Assembly (NCBI GenBank): GCA_963780185.1
Contig: CAWABA010000007.1
Location: 160,001-224,000 of the forward strand
DNA: 64,000 bases
DNA from: Candidatus Bathyarchaeota archaeon
Lineage (GTDB): Archaea; Thermoproteota; Bathyarchaeia; Bathyarchaeales; Bathycorpusculaceae
Direction: 5' to 3'
Shown piece after piece: positions 30,716 to 41,117 of the stretch. The notes under the pieces were generated by a model that did not search any database, had not been told where the DNA came from, and was given only the letters and a program-made list of their open reading frames with translations. How positions within the stretch are numbered: the first letter of the stretch is position 1; the number at the start of each line of letters is the position of its first letter. A program made the translations under genes and the position numbers.

Positions 30716-33280
30716 GTGAAAGCTAATGCTGAATCTTACAAGCTCATAAGATATCTCTTGGTATCTTTGAGTCTCGTTTCAATGTTTTTTGCAGTGGTTT
30801 TTGCCTTCTATTTCTCAGTTCTTGCATATCCCTTCTTGATTTGCGGATTCATACTTTTATTTTGCGAAATCGTTTTTGTCTGGAAGAATCATCGATATTC
30901 TGACAAATCAAAACTAATTGCAAGCAAACTAATTCATGAGGAAATTTTGAAAGAAGCAACAGATATTTCCAATTCAACCAACCAAGTAAAGAACAGTGGA
31001 ACTTACTTGATTTATTCTAATAAAGAGAATATCATTTCAAGAATAAATTATCTGCTGAAAAAAATTGAAGCCTACTCGAATAAAAAAATGTTAGTTGAAG
31101 CTTTTGTCAACAGAACAAAAGGAGTTTTAAACGAGTGCAATGGAGTGATTCAAGCATACAATCATAATTTTGTTTCGCAAAGAAAGAAAGACTATGGCTA
31201 TCTTTGGAACAAAGGCAACATTTTGCTTGACGACGAACAACAAACAGCAATCGTAACGGATGAAAAATACAACCTCGTAGTCGCAGCTGCGGGCTCTGGG
31301 AAGACTGAAGTCTTAATCACAAGAATTGCTTACCTTACCGTTAGAAAACCTGATAGTGTGAATCCAAATAGAGTCTTGGCTATCGCTTACCAAAACAAAG
31401 ATGTAAAACAAATCGAAAGAAGACTTAATCAATATGGCATAATTGGAGTAAACGTAAAAACTTTCCACACCTTGGGACTTGATGTTCTACAAGAAGCCAA
31501 CATAATTAACAAGATTTTAGGCCGAACTGAACGTCCTGGAATCATAAAGACGATATTCGAAAACGAATTATCTGTAAATTCGGAGTTTTATCAAAAGTTC
31601 CTAAATTATATTAAATCCATTCATGAAAACGATTTAAACAATGAACCAACAGAAGAAATTAGCTCCATTAGAACAAGGAGTACATTTCCTTATACAGCGA
31701 TAAATAATGAACCAGTTAAAAGTCATGCTGAAAAACAGATTTTCGATTTCCTGCTAACGAACAAACTGAATAATCGCCCCATAAAAGTTGAATATGAGCA
31801 TGAAATAGAAAACGTCGGAAAACCCGACTTTTACTTACCTGAATACGACCTTTACATTGAACACTGGGGTCTAACAAAAAATGGCACAGTTCCAATATGG
31901 TTTGACCAAACAACTAAAGACTATCAAAGAAATAAAGAAAAAAAGAAACAGTGGTTTGAAGAAAATGGAAAATTGCTTGTAGAGACTTTTTCTCATGAAT
32001 ATGATGACGACCATCCAGAAACATTTCTACGTCTACTTACGGAGAGAATCAAAACTAAACTCCAAGAAAAAACAAAAAGCAAATTCAGTTTCGAGCTAAT
32101 GACTTACAAAGAATTGGTCGAGGTTGTGCATAACTCAGATAATGATTGGATTTCTGGAAATCGCACAAAAGAAGACCTTGGGAATTTCATAAAAAATGCT
32201 AAAACTTACAATCTTACCCCAGAACGAATTCTTCAAAAACTCAAAGAGAGAGACTGGTCACGAAAACAACAAACATTTGCAAAACTTGCTGTAGATGTTT
32301 ATTTGAAGTATGAAGAAAAATTGAAGGAACTCCACAAGATTGATTTTGAGGATATGATAAACAAAGCAATTTATGAACTGACCAACGACGGAGAATTATG
32401 CAAGAATAAATACGAACATATCTTGGTCGATGAATACCAGGATATTACTCATCAAACTGATAAGTTGGTTAATGCTCTCCTGAAGAATAATTCTGACTGC
32501 AAATTTTTCTGTGTTGGAGATGATTGGCAAAGCGTAATGGGTTTTGCAGGTTCAAACCTCGAATTCTTTGTGAACTTTGAGAAGCACTATAGTAATCCTG
32601 CCATCACAAAAATATCCACGAATTACCGAAGCGTGAGGAAAATTGTTGATGCTGGAACTTGCCTTATGAAAAACAATGAAAGCTGTCAACGTCAAAAGGT
32701 TGTTGTTTCTAAGAGTGAAGAAGGAAAATCAATAAAGATACTCTTGTCGCCCCATCATATTGAATATCAAAGGAAGTATCACGACCAAATAGCACACGAC
32801 TGCATTAATCGTGTTGAAGAGTACCTAAAGAAAGGCTATGCTTGCAAAGACATTTTGATATTGAGCAGATTTATGATGATAAATAGTAATGGAAGGCCAC
32901 GTTATCATTACATAATTGAAAACCTCCTTGCTGAATCAAAAGAACGGAACATCTATTTGACTAATGAAGCGAAAGATGAACGCGGAGTTCGAGTGCTGAC
33001 GGTTCACAAAGCTAAGGGCTTAGAGGCAAAAGTAGTTTTTATTCTAAACGTAATCAAGGATGTTTATGGGTTCCCAAGTGAGATTGAGGATTCTACTATT
33101 CTTGAACCCGCGAGAGAAAACTATCCTCTCCAAAGTCAGAGAGAAGAAGAACGAAGGCTGTTTTATGTAGCTTTGAGCCGTGCTAAGGAAGATTTGAATA
33201 TCTATACCTGGGAACCTGCTATTAGCGAGTTTATAGATGAAATTAAAGACTATACAGTTAATGAATACTTGAGCTACTAA
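30716..33280 (+). CDS. UvrD/HelD-like SF1 helicase with N-terminal 2 TM helices and an inserted PD-(D/E)XK nuclease
   Basis: AAAGSGKT, TFH, LVDEYQD, VGDDWQS, NYRS, TVHKAKGLE, EERRLFYVALSRA; insert KSHAEKQI.DFL...EYE...PDFYLPEYDLYIEHWG. Confidence 0.9.
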   Translation: MKANAESYKLIRYLLVSLSLVSMFFAVVFAFYFSVLAYPFLICGFILLFCEIVFVWKNHRYSDKSKLIASKLIHEEILKEATDISNSTNQVKNSGTYLIYSNKENIISRINYLLKKIEAYSNKKMLVEAFVNRTKGVLNECNGVIQAYNHNFVSQRKKDYGYLWNKGNILLDDEQQTAIVTDEKYNLVVAAAGSGKTEVLITRIAYLTVRKPDSVNPNRVLAIAYQNKDVKQIERRLNQYGIIGVNVKTFHTLGLDVLQEANIINKILGRTERPGIIKTIFENELSVNSEFYQKFLNYIKSIHENDLNNEPTEEISSIRTRSTFPYTAINNEPVKSHAEKQIFDFLLTNKLNNRPIKVEYEHEIENVGKPDFYLPEYDLYIEHWGLTKNGTVPIWFDQTTKDYQRNKEKKKQWFEENGKLLVETFSHEYDDDHPETFLRLLTERIKTKLQEKTKSKFSFELMTYKELVEVVHNSDNDWISGNRTKEDLGNFIKNAKTYNLTPERILQKLKERDWSRKQQTFAKLAVDVYLKYEEKLKELHKIDFEDMINKAIYELTNDGELCKNKYEHILVDEYQDITHQTDKLVNALLKNNSDCKFFCVGDDWQSVMGFAGSNLEFFVNFEKHYSNPAITKISTNYRSVRKIVDAGTCLMKNNESCQRQKVVVSKSEEGKSIKILLSPHHIEYQRKYHDQIAHDCINRVEEYLKKGYACKDILILSRFMMINSNGRPRYHYIIENLLAESKERNIYLTNEAKDERGVRVLTVHKAKGLEAKVVFILNVIKDVYGFPSEIEDSTILEPARENYPLQSQREEERRLFYVALSRAKEDLNIYTWEPAISEFIDEIKDYTVNEYLSY

Positions 33281-33304
33281 CTTATGGGTATTAGGTTTGA
33301 TTAC

Positions 33305-33625
33305 CTAAAAAAGAGACCTTGCCTTCACCAACAAATCAATTACTGCGGTTGTTTCGGTTTCATTGAGTCCCAGCTTTGTGGGTAACTCTTGAGTTGTCTT
33401 TTCATATAGCAAAACGAGTCTTTGGTCGCCATCGGAATCAACAACAAATTTGTTTATGTCACCTATTCTTGTAACTTGATGGTTTCCCAACATATTTCTT
33501 GCTCTTGCTAAAAAGTTGATGATAGTCTGAGACTCGTCTTTACTAAAATTTAACTTGAAGTGCTGTCCGAAAAAGAAATCTTTGCCACAGATTTCAATCA
33601 GTCTTCGCTCATAACTGAACTGCAC
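33305..33625 (-). CDS. Hypothetical protein
   Basis: 106-aa ORF in the AT-rich island; start uncertain. Confidence 0.45.
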   Translation of the reverse strand: MQFSYERRLIEICGKDFFFGQHFKLNFSKDESQTIINFLARARNMLGNHQVTRIGDINKFVVDSDGDQRLVLLYEKTTQELPTKLGLNETETTAVIDLLVKARSLF

Positions 33626-34157
33626 TACGAAATTGTCAGTTTCACCTATAATTTTTGTATATTTAACATAATAGTTAGAATTTGTTTTTCTACTGTAAGT
33701 TCCGTGGGTCCTGCCTCTGACTTTGTTATTTTTTGAATAGAATTTCGGAGACTGGACCTTTAGGGGATATCGTCTATTTCGATTACCGCATAATCGGTTC
33801 CTGTGATACTTCTTACGAATGCTTCAGTCCTTTTTCTATCTCTGGCTGCCTCGTTATTCGAACAATATGCGGGGTTGTCTCGTCGAGGTCCCAACTATTG
33901 CGCCTTTGTAACTCTGTGAGCGTTTAGACTTTTATGCTGTGTGATTTCAAAATCCATATACTCGATTCCAACCGCAATTTCTGTTTGCGAGGTGTAATTT
34001 TTCTCATATTTTTACCCCTTATAGCATTTGTTAGATAGTTAGCAGGGGGGTAATTTTTACTTCGTTTCTTACTCCTCGTGATATTACTATTCTTCACTTG
34101 TCTACCATACCATCTATTTAGCACCCAAACGTTAGGTAGGTCGTAAACGTCTGTGTA

Positions 34158-34964
34158 TTAAATTTTAATCCAGGTTTCTTGAGTAAGTTGAGTTAGCTGG
34201 CTTTTTGCTTGGTCTTGATTTTCTGAGTTTTTGAAGGAAAGAATGGGATTTAGATTTTGGGAAATTGTTTTTAGGTCGTTTGCGATGAAATCTGGTTTTT
34301 GCTGGCTATCTGATAGATCTTTTAGCGTGTTGAACTGCGAAGCAACAAAGACCGTTCTTAGCCCTGCCTCTTTTGCTCCTTTGATGTCTTCGATCGGGCT
34401 GTCGCCGATGTAAACCGCCTGCTCTGCTTGGACTTGCAGCTTCTTGAGGGCGTCTTGGAATACGTGGCTGCTGGGTTTTCTCCATCCAACTGCCTCGGAA
34501 ACCAATGTTGCGTTGAAGTAGCCGTCGATTCCCAGTTTTCGTAAGCTTTTGTAGATGACGGGTGCATAGGTGAAGTTCGATATTAACCCGACTTTGCGTT
34601 GGGCTTGGACTTGTTTGAGGAGTTTTTTTGCGCAGTCCCGCAACTCAAGCGTGTCGATGAAGTCTTGGAAGAAAACGTTCAAGGCGGCTTTCACCCTGTC
34701 ATCCTCAGGCGTCACGTTGAAGCCGAGGTTTTGGAGTGCTTCTGCGACCCAGACGGCGTTGGTGACTTCCCGCAGTTGCTCGTAGCGGACTTTGCGGTAC
34801 TTTTCATGCGCCGCACTGTAAGCAGCCATAAATTTGTTTTCGGCGGCGTTGAAGCCTTCGCCGAGGAGCGCGTGGTACAGGTTCTTCTTTGATTCGTCCA
34901 TGCTGTAGCCTTTGCAGTTGACGAGGGTTCCGACGTAATCGAAAATGATGGCTTTGCAGGTCAT
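34158..34964 (-). CDS. HAD-superfamily hydrolase
   Basis: IIFDYVGTL, ISN, RKP, YIGDSPIEDIKGA. Confidence 0.9.
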   Translation of the reverse strand: MTCKAIIFDYVGTLVNCKGYSMDESKKNLYHALLGEGFNAAENKFMAAYSAAHEKYRKVRYEQLREVTNAVWVAEALQNLGFNVTPEDDRVKAALNVFFQDFIDTLELRDCAKKLLKQVQAQRKVGLISNFTYAPVIYKSLRKLGIDGYFNATLVSEAVGWRKPSSHVFQDALKKLQVQAEQAVYIGDSPIEDIKGAKEAGLRTVFVASQFNTLKDLSDSQQKPDFIANDLKTISQNLNPILSFKNSENQDQAKSQLTQLTQETWIKI

Positions 34965-35707
34965 CGCTGGCTCTTCCCTTTCAAGATGGTTTTTTCAGTG
35001 ATTTTTCGGAGGGCTTCTGCCGCCGATGTCTGCATTAGCTTTTCGGGCTTTCCGATTGCTGCTTCCACCTGCAGGTCAAACGGGATGGCGCCAAGGTACC
35101 GTAGCCCCAGTTTTCGGGTTCCCAGTTCAACGTTTTCTGACTTATCCATTTTCATGTTCTCGACAACGCCGATGATTGGCATTGTGAGTTCGCAGAGAAG
35201 TTCCGCCTGTTTCTTCACGGTTTCGAAAGCGAGCATTGACGGCGTTGTCACGATTAGGAATTCAATGCGTTTGATGAGCCGCACCAAATCTAGGACGGCG
35301 TCGCCGATGCCTGGCGGCATGTCAATTACTAGGAAGTCAAGGGTGCCCCATTGGGTGACTGAGAGGAGTTCGATTAGGGCGTTTGAGATGTCGGCTCCGC
35401 GGAGGGGGGCGGGTTTGTCGCCGATGAAGTAGATTAGGGACATGTACTCCATGCCGTGGACGGTGGGTGGGACGATGCCTTTTTCTTCTTGCAACTCGGC
35501 TTTTTGGGCGCCGAGGATTATGTGGGTTGAGGGTCCTGTGAAGTCGAGGTCGAATAAGCCGACTTTGCAGCCGCTTCGTGCAAGGGCGAGTGAAAGTGCG
35601 GTTGCGACCATGCTTTTTCCTACGCCGCCTTTGCCGCTTGAAACAGCGATTACGTGGCTTATTCGGCTTAATCGCTCGTTAATTACGCTTGTTCGCGGGT
35701 CAGACAC
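34961..35707 (-). CDS. mrp: Mrp/NBP35 family P-loop ATPase
   Basis: SGKGGVGKS, DLDFTGPS, WGTLDFLVIDMPPG.GD, GVVENM. Confidence 0.9.
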   Translation of the reverse strand: MSDPRTSVINERLSRISHVIAVSSGKGGVGKSMVATALSLALARSGCKVGLFDLDFTGPSTHIILGAQKAELQEEKGIVPPTVHGMEYMSLIYFIGDKPAPLRGADISNALIELLSVTQWGTLDFLVIDMPPGIGDAVLDLVRLIKRIEFLIVTTPSMLAFETVKKQAELLCELTMPIIGVVENMKMDKSENVELGTRKLGLRYLGAIPFDLQVEAAIGKPEKLMQTSAAEALRKITEKTILKGKSQR

Positions 35708-35709
35708 GA

Positions 35710-36108
35710 TTATCTGGCTCCTTTCACACTCTCAAGCCAAATCCCGCGCCCGCTGGCGATTTCAAAGTCAGGACTGCCACATTTCGGACACTTAATAAAG
35801 CTGTGCGCAACCTCGGGAACAAAATGAATCGCTTCAGCCGTCGCCTTATCCATTTTTTTAACGTCAAACTGCCACGTGGCGGCGCAAACCCTGCATCGCA
35901 GTGTGCTTTTGGCTTTGAGGATGCGGAACTTCGCGCATTTGAAAAGCGGCGTCTTCAGCTCTGACAGGGCGAAGCGCAGAATGGGTCGTTCAACCTGCTG
36001 TAGCTCGCCGATTCTGATGGTGACTTCTAAAACTTCCTTTAGCTTTTCTTTCTCAGCAATCTCTTTCGCCGAGGCTAAAACTGCTTCAGCAAGCGCCCAT
36101 TCATGCAT
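35710..36108 (-). CDS. hypA: Hydrogenase nickel incorporation protein
   Basis: MHEWALA, GELQQV, CRVC...CPKCGS, Thermococcales-like insert AEAIHFVPE. Confidence 0.93.
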   Translation of the reverse strand: MHEWALAEAVLASAKEIAEKEKLKEVLEVTIRIGELQQVERPILRFALSELKTPLFKCAKFRILKAKSTLRCRVCAATWQFDVKKMDKATAEAIHFVPEVAHSFIKCPKCGSPDFEIASGRGIWLESVKGAR

Positions 36109-36180
36109 AAACTCTCATACCCGCTGGCATTTAAAAACAATATTGCAGATGAAAAAGATTTTCAGAGAAAAATCCGAAGG

Positions 36181-36834
36181 CTATGGTGTTAGCGTTTGGT
36201 TCTGGGTGACTACCCATCGGTTTGTGCCGACCAGTCTTAACACATCAGTCTTCTGCACGAATTCGCCAGTTGCCTTGTTGACAAATTCATGCGTTCGACA
36301 CAACTCAACAAGCACTCCCGTCTCCCTATCAAAATAGCAGCTGCCCCAATCGTCAGAACAATTCCAAGTGACCAAATTCGTCTCTCTCGACCCGCTCGGG
36401 TAAGCCCAGATTACTGTCTTGTTTATGGTTAGCTGAACGGTTGGAAGCGGGTCGCCCGCCTTGAGGTTCGCTGCGCAGATGGGAACGCCTTTTTGCGTGA
36501 ATTTGAGGGCGCTTTCATTCTGGGGGTTTAGGTTGGTTTGGAAGCTGAAGGTGCTTTCGCTTCCGTTTTTGAAGTGAAGAGTGTAAGCTTGGTCAACCAC
36601 TAAGCTTGAAACGTTGGCTACGGTGATTCTTAACCAAGCTGTATTGTTGTATTCGAACTGGGGGATTTTCAGTGTTAAGTTGGGTAGGTTGGAAGTGTAG
36701 GCGCCGTATGTTTTGTAGTAAAAGTAGTCTCCTTTGGATACTCCAACTGTCCAACTTGCTGCTGGGGATATGTATTGGCTCGCAGACAGGGACACAAGCA
36801 AAATCAGAGCCATTAACAAAGGCTTTGTCCTCAT
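36181..36834 (-). CDS. Secreted protein (VGV..GD.F.Y type)
   Basis: Signal peptide MRTKPLLMALILL; TVGVSKGDYFYY; YFDRETGVLVE; start moved to MRTKP. Confidence 0.75.
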   Translation of the reverse strand: MRTKPLLMALILLVSLSASQYISPAASWTVGVSKGDYFYYKTYGAYTSNLPNLTLKIPQFEYNNTAWLRITVANVSSLVVDQAYTLHFKNGSESTFSFQTNLNPQNESALKFTQKGVPICAANLKAGDPLPTVQLTINKTVIWAYPSGSRETNLVTWNCSDDWGSCYFDRETGVLVELCRTHEFVNKATGEFVQKTDVLRLVGTNRWVVTQNQTLTP

Positions 36835-37026
36835 CTTGTGTTTCACCCATTTTTCCCGTGTTTCTCCTAATTTTTTTGTCAATAAATAGATTTTTGTAAG
36901 GGTTTCTTGACAAAACTGTTCAGGTTTAGTCAAGGTTTGTGAACAAACTATTTTTCGGGAAAAACTATGTTGGATTAGCAAAGTTTTAAGCGTTTCAAAG
37001 TCATATTATCGGGCGGTTGAGATACG

Positions 37027-38295
37027 GTGCCTGATGTTCAGGAAGAGATTTATTCAATAATGTTCAGTTCACTTAAGCATCCTGTACGCCGCAAGATACT
37101 TCGCGTACTTTCAGAGAAGCCGCTGACTTTTTCAGAGATGCTTGATTTGCTGGGTGTCTCCAGTTCCAACTTGACTTATCACCTTGAAAGCTTAGGCGAG
37201 CTTTTGACCCAGGAGAACGGCATCTACAAGTTGTCGACTTTCGGTGCCGCAGCCGTGGGAACCATGAAAATCGTTGAGGAAGCGCCTGAGGTTCAGCCTA
37301 AGAAGCGTGCCTCATCGTTTAAGTGGAAGACAGCTCTTGCGGTTTCGCTTATCGCCTTGATTCTGACGGCAACCGCGGTAGCATGGGAGTTTAACGCTTT
37401 GAACCAAGCATCTATCAAGCAGAACGACCTGCAGTCAAAATATAACCAACTGCTTTCGTGGAGTGCCTCAACAAGCACAGCCATCAACTTCCTGCAGCAA
37501 GTGCCCCAGATTGAAACGTCACATTACCAGGCGACGCTGGAAAGCAACAGTGTCGATCAACCCTCGGATTTGGGCGGGGTGCTGGAGCAGACTATGATGT
37601 ATTCGCTTAGCAGCAGCGACAGCAAAATGGATGTTTACTTCCGTTTCCGAAGCGGCGAATTGTCATGGTACCAAATCGTCATGCTTAACGGCTCACCAAT
37701 TTATTCGCAGCCTCAGCCGTACGGCGCCCTGGATGCGGCGAAAGGTTTGCTTAGCAGGCTCGCAGCCTACGAAAACGCTTCTTACCTTGAAAACATGAGC
37801 AGCACCCTGTCACTGGTCAGCGGCGCTATGCAGAACATGCAGGTAACCGAAGGCAACATCAAGCTTAACGTAACCATCTCGGGTGCCACGACGCAGATAG
37901 TGATGCTGTACACCGAGAACGGCGTGGATTTTTCACCTAAATGCGTGAGCTTAACCTTCGCGGGCAACGACCTAACCAACATGATTGACGACTGGTACCT
38001 CTTCACCATCGGAAGCACCACCGTAGATGTCTCCAGCAGCCAAGCGGTCCAGCTGGCGCTCAACGCCGTGAAAGGCTACAGTTGGACGGCGAACAGCACC
38101 ACGGTTTCGAACTTCAACGTGCTCTCCCAGCCTGTTTCAGTTGTTTTTCACCCGAACACCAAAAACGGGTTAGCCCTCTACCCCCAATGGACCGTCACAC
38201 TCTACCTTGACAAGGTCTACCCGGGCGGCGTCGGCAGCTTGACTGTTGAGGTTTGGGCGGATACGGGAAAAGTGGCGCAGATACAGAACAGTTGA
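37027..38295 (+). CDS. ArsR-type wHTH + TM + extracellular domain (membrane-anchored regulator)
   Basis: FSSLKHPVRRKIL...SSSNLTYHLESL...YKLSTFG; TM segment; C-terminal LYPQWTVTL...VWADTG. Confidence 0.85.
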   Translation: MPDVQEEIYSIMFSSLKHPVRRKILRVLSEKPLTFSEMLDLLGVSSSNLTYHLESLGELLTQENGIYKLSTFGAAAVGTMKIVEEAPEVQPKKRASSFKWKTALAVSLIALILTATAVAWEFNALNQASIKQNDLQSKYNQLLSWSASTSTAINFLQQVPQIETSHYQATLESNSVDQPSDLGGVLEQTMMYSLSSSDSKMDVYFRFRSGELSWYQIVMLNGSPIYSQPQPYGALDAAKGLLSRLAAYENASYLENMSSTLSLVSGAMQNMQVTEGNIKLNVTISGATTQIVMLYTENGVDFSPKCVSLTFAGNDLTNMIDDWYLFTIGSTTVDVSSSQAVQLALNAVKGYSWTANSTTVSNFNVLSQPVSVVFHPNTKNGLALYPQWTVTLYLDKVYPGGVGSLTVEVWADTGKVAQIQNS

Positions 38296-38310
38296 CGCGC
38301 AAGCCTGCTT

Positions 38311-38531
38311 TGCGCGAGGTGTTGTTTGTTTGATTCCGTTGGGGTTTCCGGTAAACTTTTGTAATATTACAAAACTTCAAGCGGAAACAATGGTTTTCCC
38401 TGTTTCTTTAGCTCTCAAAATCTTAAAGGATTTAAGCCAAAACCCAAAAAGCAACCCATCCCAACCCCCAAGCAGAAGCCGCCGACGAAGGGAGGGGTCT
38501 AGTATTTACAACCAAAACCCACCACAAAAAT
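38311..38531 (+). repeat. ~220-bp dispersed intergenic repeat, copy 1
   Basis: Near-identical reverse-complement copy at 51319-51549; internal perfect palindrome TTTTGTAATATTACAAAA at 38357-38374. Confidence 0.9.
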
Positions 38532-38624
38532 GGAGCAGAAAGGCGTATATCCTTTTTTTGGGCGGGGGTAATGGCAAGTTAGAAATAACTGTTCTAGTGA
38601 TAGTTGTAGTCTGGACGATGCGTC

Positions 38625-40172
38625 ATGACCGATGTAGTTTTCACGTTTGAGGTTCATCAGCCGCATAGACTCAAGCGTAAGCTCTTTTGGGAGGGCCAAA
38701 TCTTCAGTCGCCGCGGCAAAAACGAATTATTCAACTATTACTTCGACAACGAAAACGACAAAGAAATTTTCCAGCGAGCCGCACGCAAATGCTACTTCCC
38801 CTCAAACCAGATCCTGCTCGACTCAATAGACAAACACAAACACGAACACAAACAAGTCAAGGTCTCATTCAGCATCTCAGGCGTCTTCCTAGAACAATGC
38901 CAAATGTTCGACCCCAACCTGCTGGAAACCTTCAAGCAACTCGCCGAAACCAAACGCGTAGAATTCCTAAACCAAACCTACTACCACTCAATCGCAAGCC
39001 TATACCCAGACAAAGAAGAATTCATTGAACAAGCAAAAATGCATAAACAAACCGTAAAGGACCTGCTTGGCTACACACCGACCGTCTTCGAGAACACCGA
39101 ACTACTCTACAACAACACAATCGCCAAAACAGTCGAAACACTCGGGTACAAAGGCATCTTCACAGAAGGCATCGAGAAAATCCTCGGCGAAAAATCACCC
39201 AACTACCTCTACACTCCGAGAGGCGCAAAGAAAATTCGGGTATTACTCAGAAACTACAAACTCACCGACGACATCGGCTTTAGGTTTTCGGCAAGATGGT
39301 GGCCCGAGTGGCCCCTGACCGCTGACAAATACGCGGGTTGGCTGGCTAACGCGCCTGGCCAATGCATCAACATTTTTCCCGATTACGAAACCTTCGGCGA
39401 ACATCATTGGCCCGAAACTGGTATCCACAGTTTTCTGCAGCATCTTCCAGATGAAATACTGAAGTTTGACAGTTTACAGATGGCGACCCCATCCGAAGTA
39501 ATAGCCAGGAACGATTCCGCAGGCGAAATCGATGTGCCTGAAGCCCAAGGCACAGTTTCATGGGCAGACGTGCAGAGAGATCAAACTGGCTGGTTAGGCA
39601 ACGTCATGCAGTGGGCTTATTACACGGCGCTTCGTCGATTGGAACCACTCATCAAAGAAGCCGACGACGCAGAGTGGCTTAAACTGTGGCGTGACTTCCA
39701 AACAAGCGACCACCTCTACTACATGTTCACCGCAGGCGGAGGACCAGGCGAAGTCCACTCATACTTCAGCCCCTACGAGTCGCCGATGGATGCCTTCGCA
39801 GTAGCGCAAACACTGCTAAACGATTTTGAAGCAAGACTTCGACTGTCAATCTCAGCGGCGAACGAACCCTTCCTGTTCCACACAGACGTCGGAAAAGAAT
39901 ACTACACTGGAACAATGGCTTGGAGCCTCAAAGGATTCATCAAAGCCGTCAGCGAAGTCAACGCGAAAGCCATCGAGTTTCACATGGAAAACGGAGATTT
40001 TGAAAGCTGGACACAAAACTCCCTTAAAGACCAAAAATTGGCATCACAACTCAAACAGCTTAAAGATTCAAAAGAAAAAGGCGAAGAACTAAGAGAAGCT
40101 ATGTTGGATTTGGCAAAAAAACGTTACGCAACATTATACAAGCAAACGCAGGATGCAACCAAGCTATTCTAA
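38625..40172 (+). CDS. GH57 alpha-amylase with C-terminal DUF5752-like domain
   Basis: FEVHQP, QTYYHS, NTEL, DYETFGEH, SWAD, TSDHLYYM; tail PFLFHT...A.SL..F...EFH...GDFESW. Confidence 0.92.
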   Translation: MTDVVFTFEVHQPHRLKRKLFWEGQIFSRRGKNELFNYYFDNENDKEIFQRAARKCYFPSNQILLDSIDKHKHEHKQVKVSFSISGVFLEQCQMFDPNLLETFKQLAETKRVEFLNQTYYHSIASLYPDKEEFIEQAKMHKQTVKDLLGYTPTVFENTELLYNNTIAKTVETLGYKGIFTEGIEKILGEKSPNYLYTPRGAKKIRVLLRNYKLTDDIGFRFSARWWPEWPLTADKYAGWLANAPGQCINIFPDYETFGEHHWPETGIHSFLQHLPDEILKFDSLQMATPSEVIARNDSAGEIDVPEAQGTVSWADVQRDQTGWLGNVMQWAYYTALRRLEPLIKEADDAEWLKLWRDFQTSDHLYYMFTAGGGPGEVHSYFSPYESPMDAFAVAQTLLNDFEARLRLSISAANEPFLFHTDVGKEYYTGTMAWSLKGFIKAVSEVNAKAIEFHMENGDFESWTQNSLKDQKLASQLKQLKDSKEKGEELREAMLDLAKKRYATLYKQTQDATKLF

Positions 40173-40231
40173 AAACTAACGCGTTTATAAGCGAAGTCTG
40201 CTAATAATTAAAACAGTATGGTGTATTATCC

Positions 40232-40483
40232 ATGAGAGACGAGCTTCCCTTTCCAGACAAGGTCTTGCAAACACTGCATAACTTATGCGCAACAGCCGCT
40301 GATTTGGCGAGAAGAGGCGAGGAAGTGGCAAGGCTTATGCAGAAAGACCCCAGCGAAATCGAAAACATTTTGGATCAGTACAAGTCTGAAGGCTTCGCTG
40401 AAAGCTTCTATGACAACGAAGGAAAGAAACGATATTATCTCACTGGAAGAGGAATAATCAAGGTCTGCTCGCTTTTCACGTAG
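40232..40483 (+). CDS. Small winged-helix protein
   Basis: EEVARLM...EIENIL...GF...KRYYLTGRG. Confidence 0.65.
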   Translation: MRDELPFPDKVLQTLHNLCATAADLARRGEEVARLMQKDPSEIENILDQYKSEGFAESFYDNEGKKRYYLTGRGIIKVCSLFT

Positions 40484-40490
40484 TGGAAAC

Positions 40491-41117
40491 ATGCGTGTCA
40501 TCATCTTTTCTTGGGAGTATCCGCCTAGGGTCGTAGGTAAACTCGCAGAGTATGTGAAGGCTTTGTCAAGTCTTCTTGCCAGCAATGACGTCGAAGTAAA
40601 CGTTGTAACTTACGATGACTCCGTAACGGGTTCCGCTAAGGACTCAACAGGCGTGCAAACTGTTCGAGTGTCAAATCCTGTTCGAACCCACATTGGAGTT
40701 CTAACCTGGGTTCTAACGCTAAACCAAGAAGTTGAAAGAGCAGCAGCCAACCTTTACTATCAAGCTAAAAAACAAATTGACCTAATTGACGTTTTCGACT
40801 GGCATTTTATCCCAGCCGCAGTCACCATAAAAAACGGGTTAGGCGTACCGTTTGTTTATTCCGTCGAAAGCTTAGAGGACCATCGATCCCAAGGCTTAAG
40901 CACACCCTACAACATGGCTATTAAAAGTATTGAGTGGCTGGGTTTTTATGAAGCGCAAAAAATCAGCGTTAAATCTGAGTGGATGCGAGACGAAATCGTC
41001 AGAATCTACAAGGTTCCTCAAGAAAAAATCGCTGTAGTTCCAACCATCTCAAGTTCGTGGATAAAAGAGATTCTTAAACTCTACAGTAACGTCTCCGGAG
41101 GCTTAAATGCCGAATGA
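40491..41117 (+). CDS. Stand-alone GT4 N-terminal-domain protein
   Basis: SWEYPPRVVG, DVFDW; lacks the C-terminal nucleotide-sugar domain. Confidence 0.8.
   Translation: MRVIIFSWEYPPRVVGKLAEYVKALSSLLASNDVEVNVVTYDDSVTGSAKDSTGVQTVRVSNPVRTHIGVLTWVLTLNQEVERAAANLYYQAKKQIDLIDVFDWHFIPAAVTIKNGLGVPFVYSVESLEDHRSQGLSTPYNMAIKSIEWLGFYEAQKISVKSEWMRDEIVRIYKVPQEKIAVVPTISSSWIKEILKLYSNVSGGLNAE

Noticed and set aside
38246-38699. ORFs 38246-38650(+) and 51250-51534(-) with shared peptide LIPLGFPVNFCNITK
   Set aside because: The similarity comes from the noncoding DNA repeat; starts and ends differ and frames diverge
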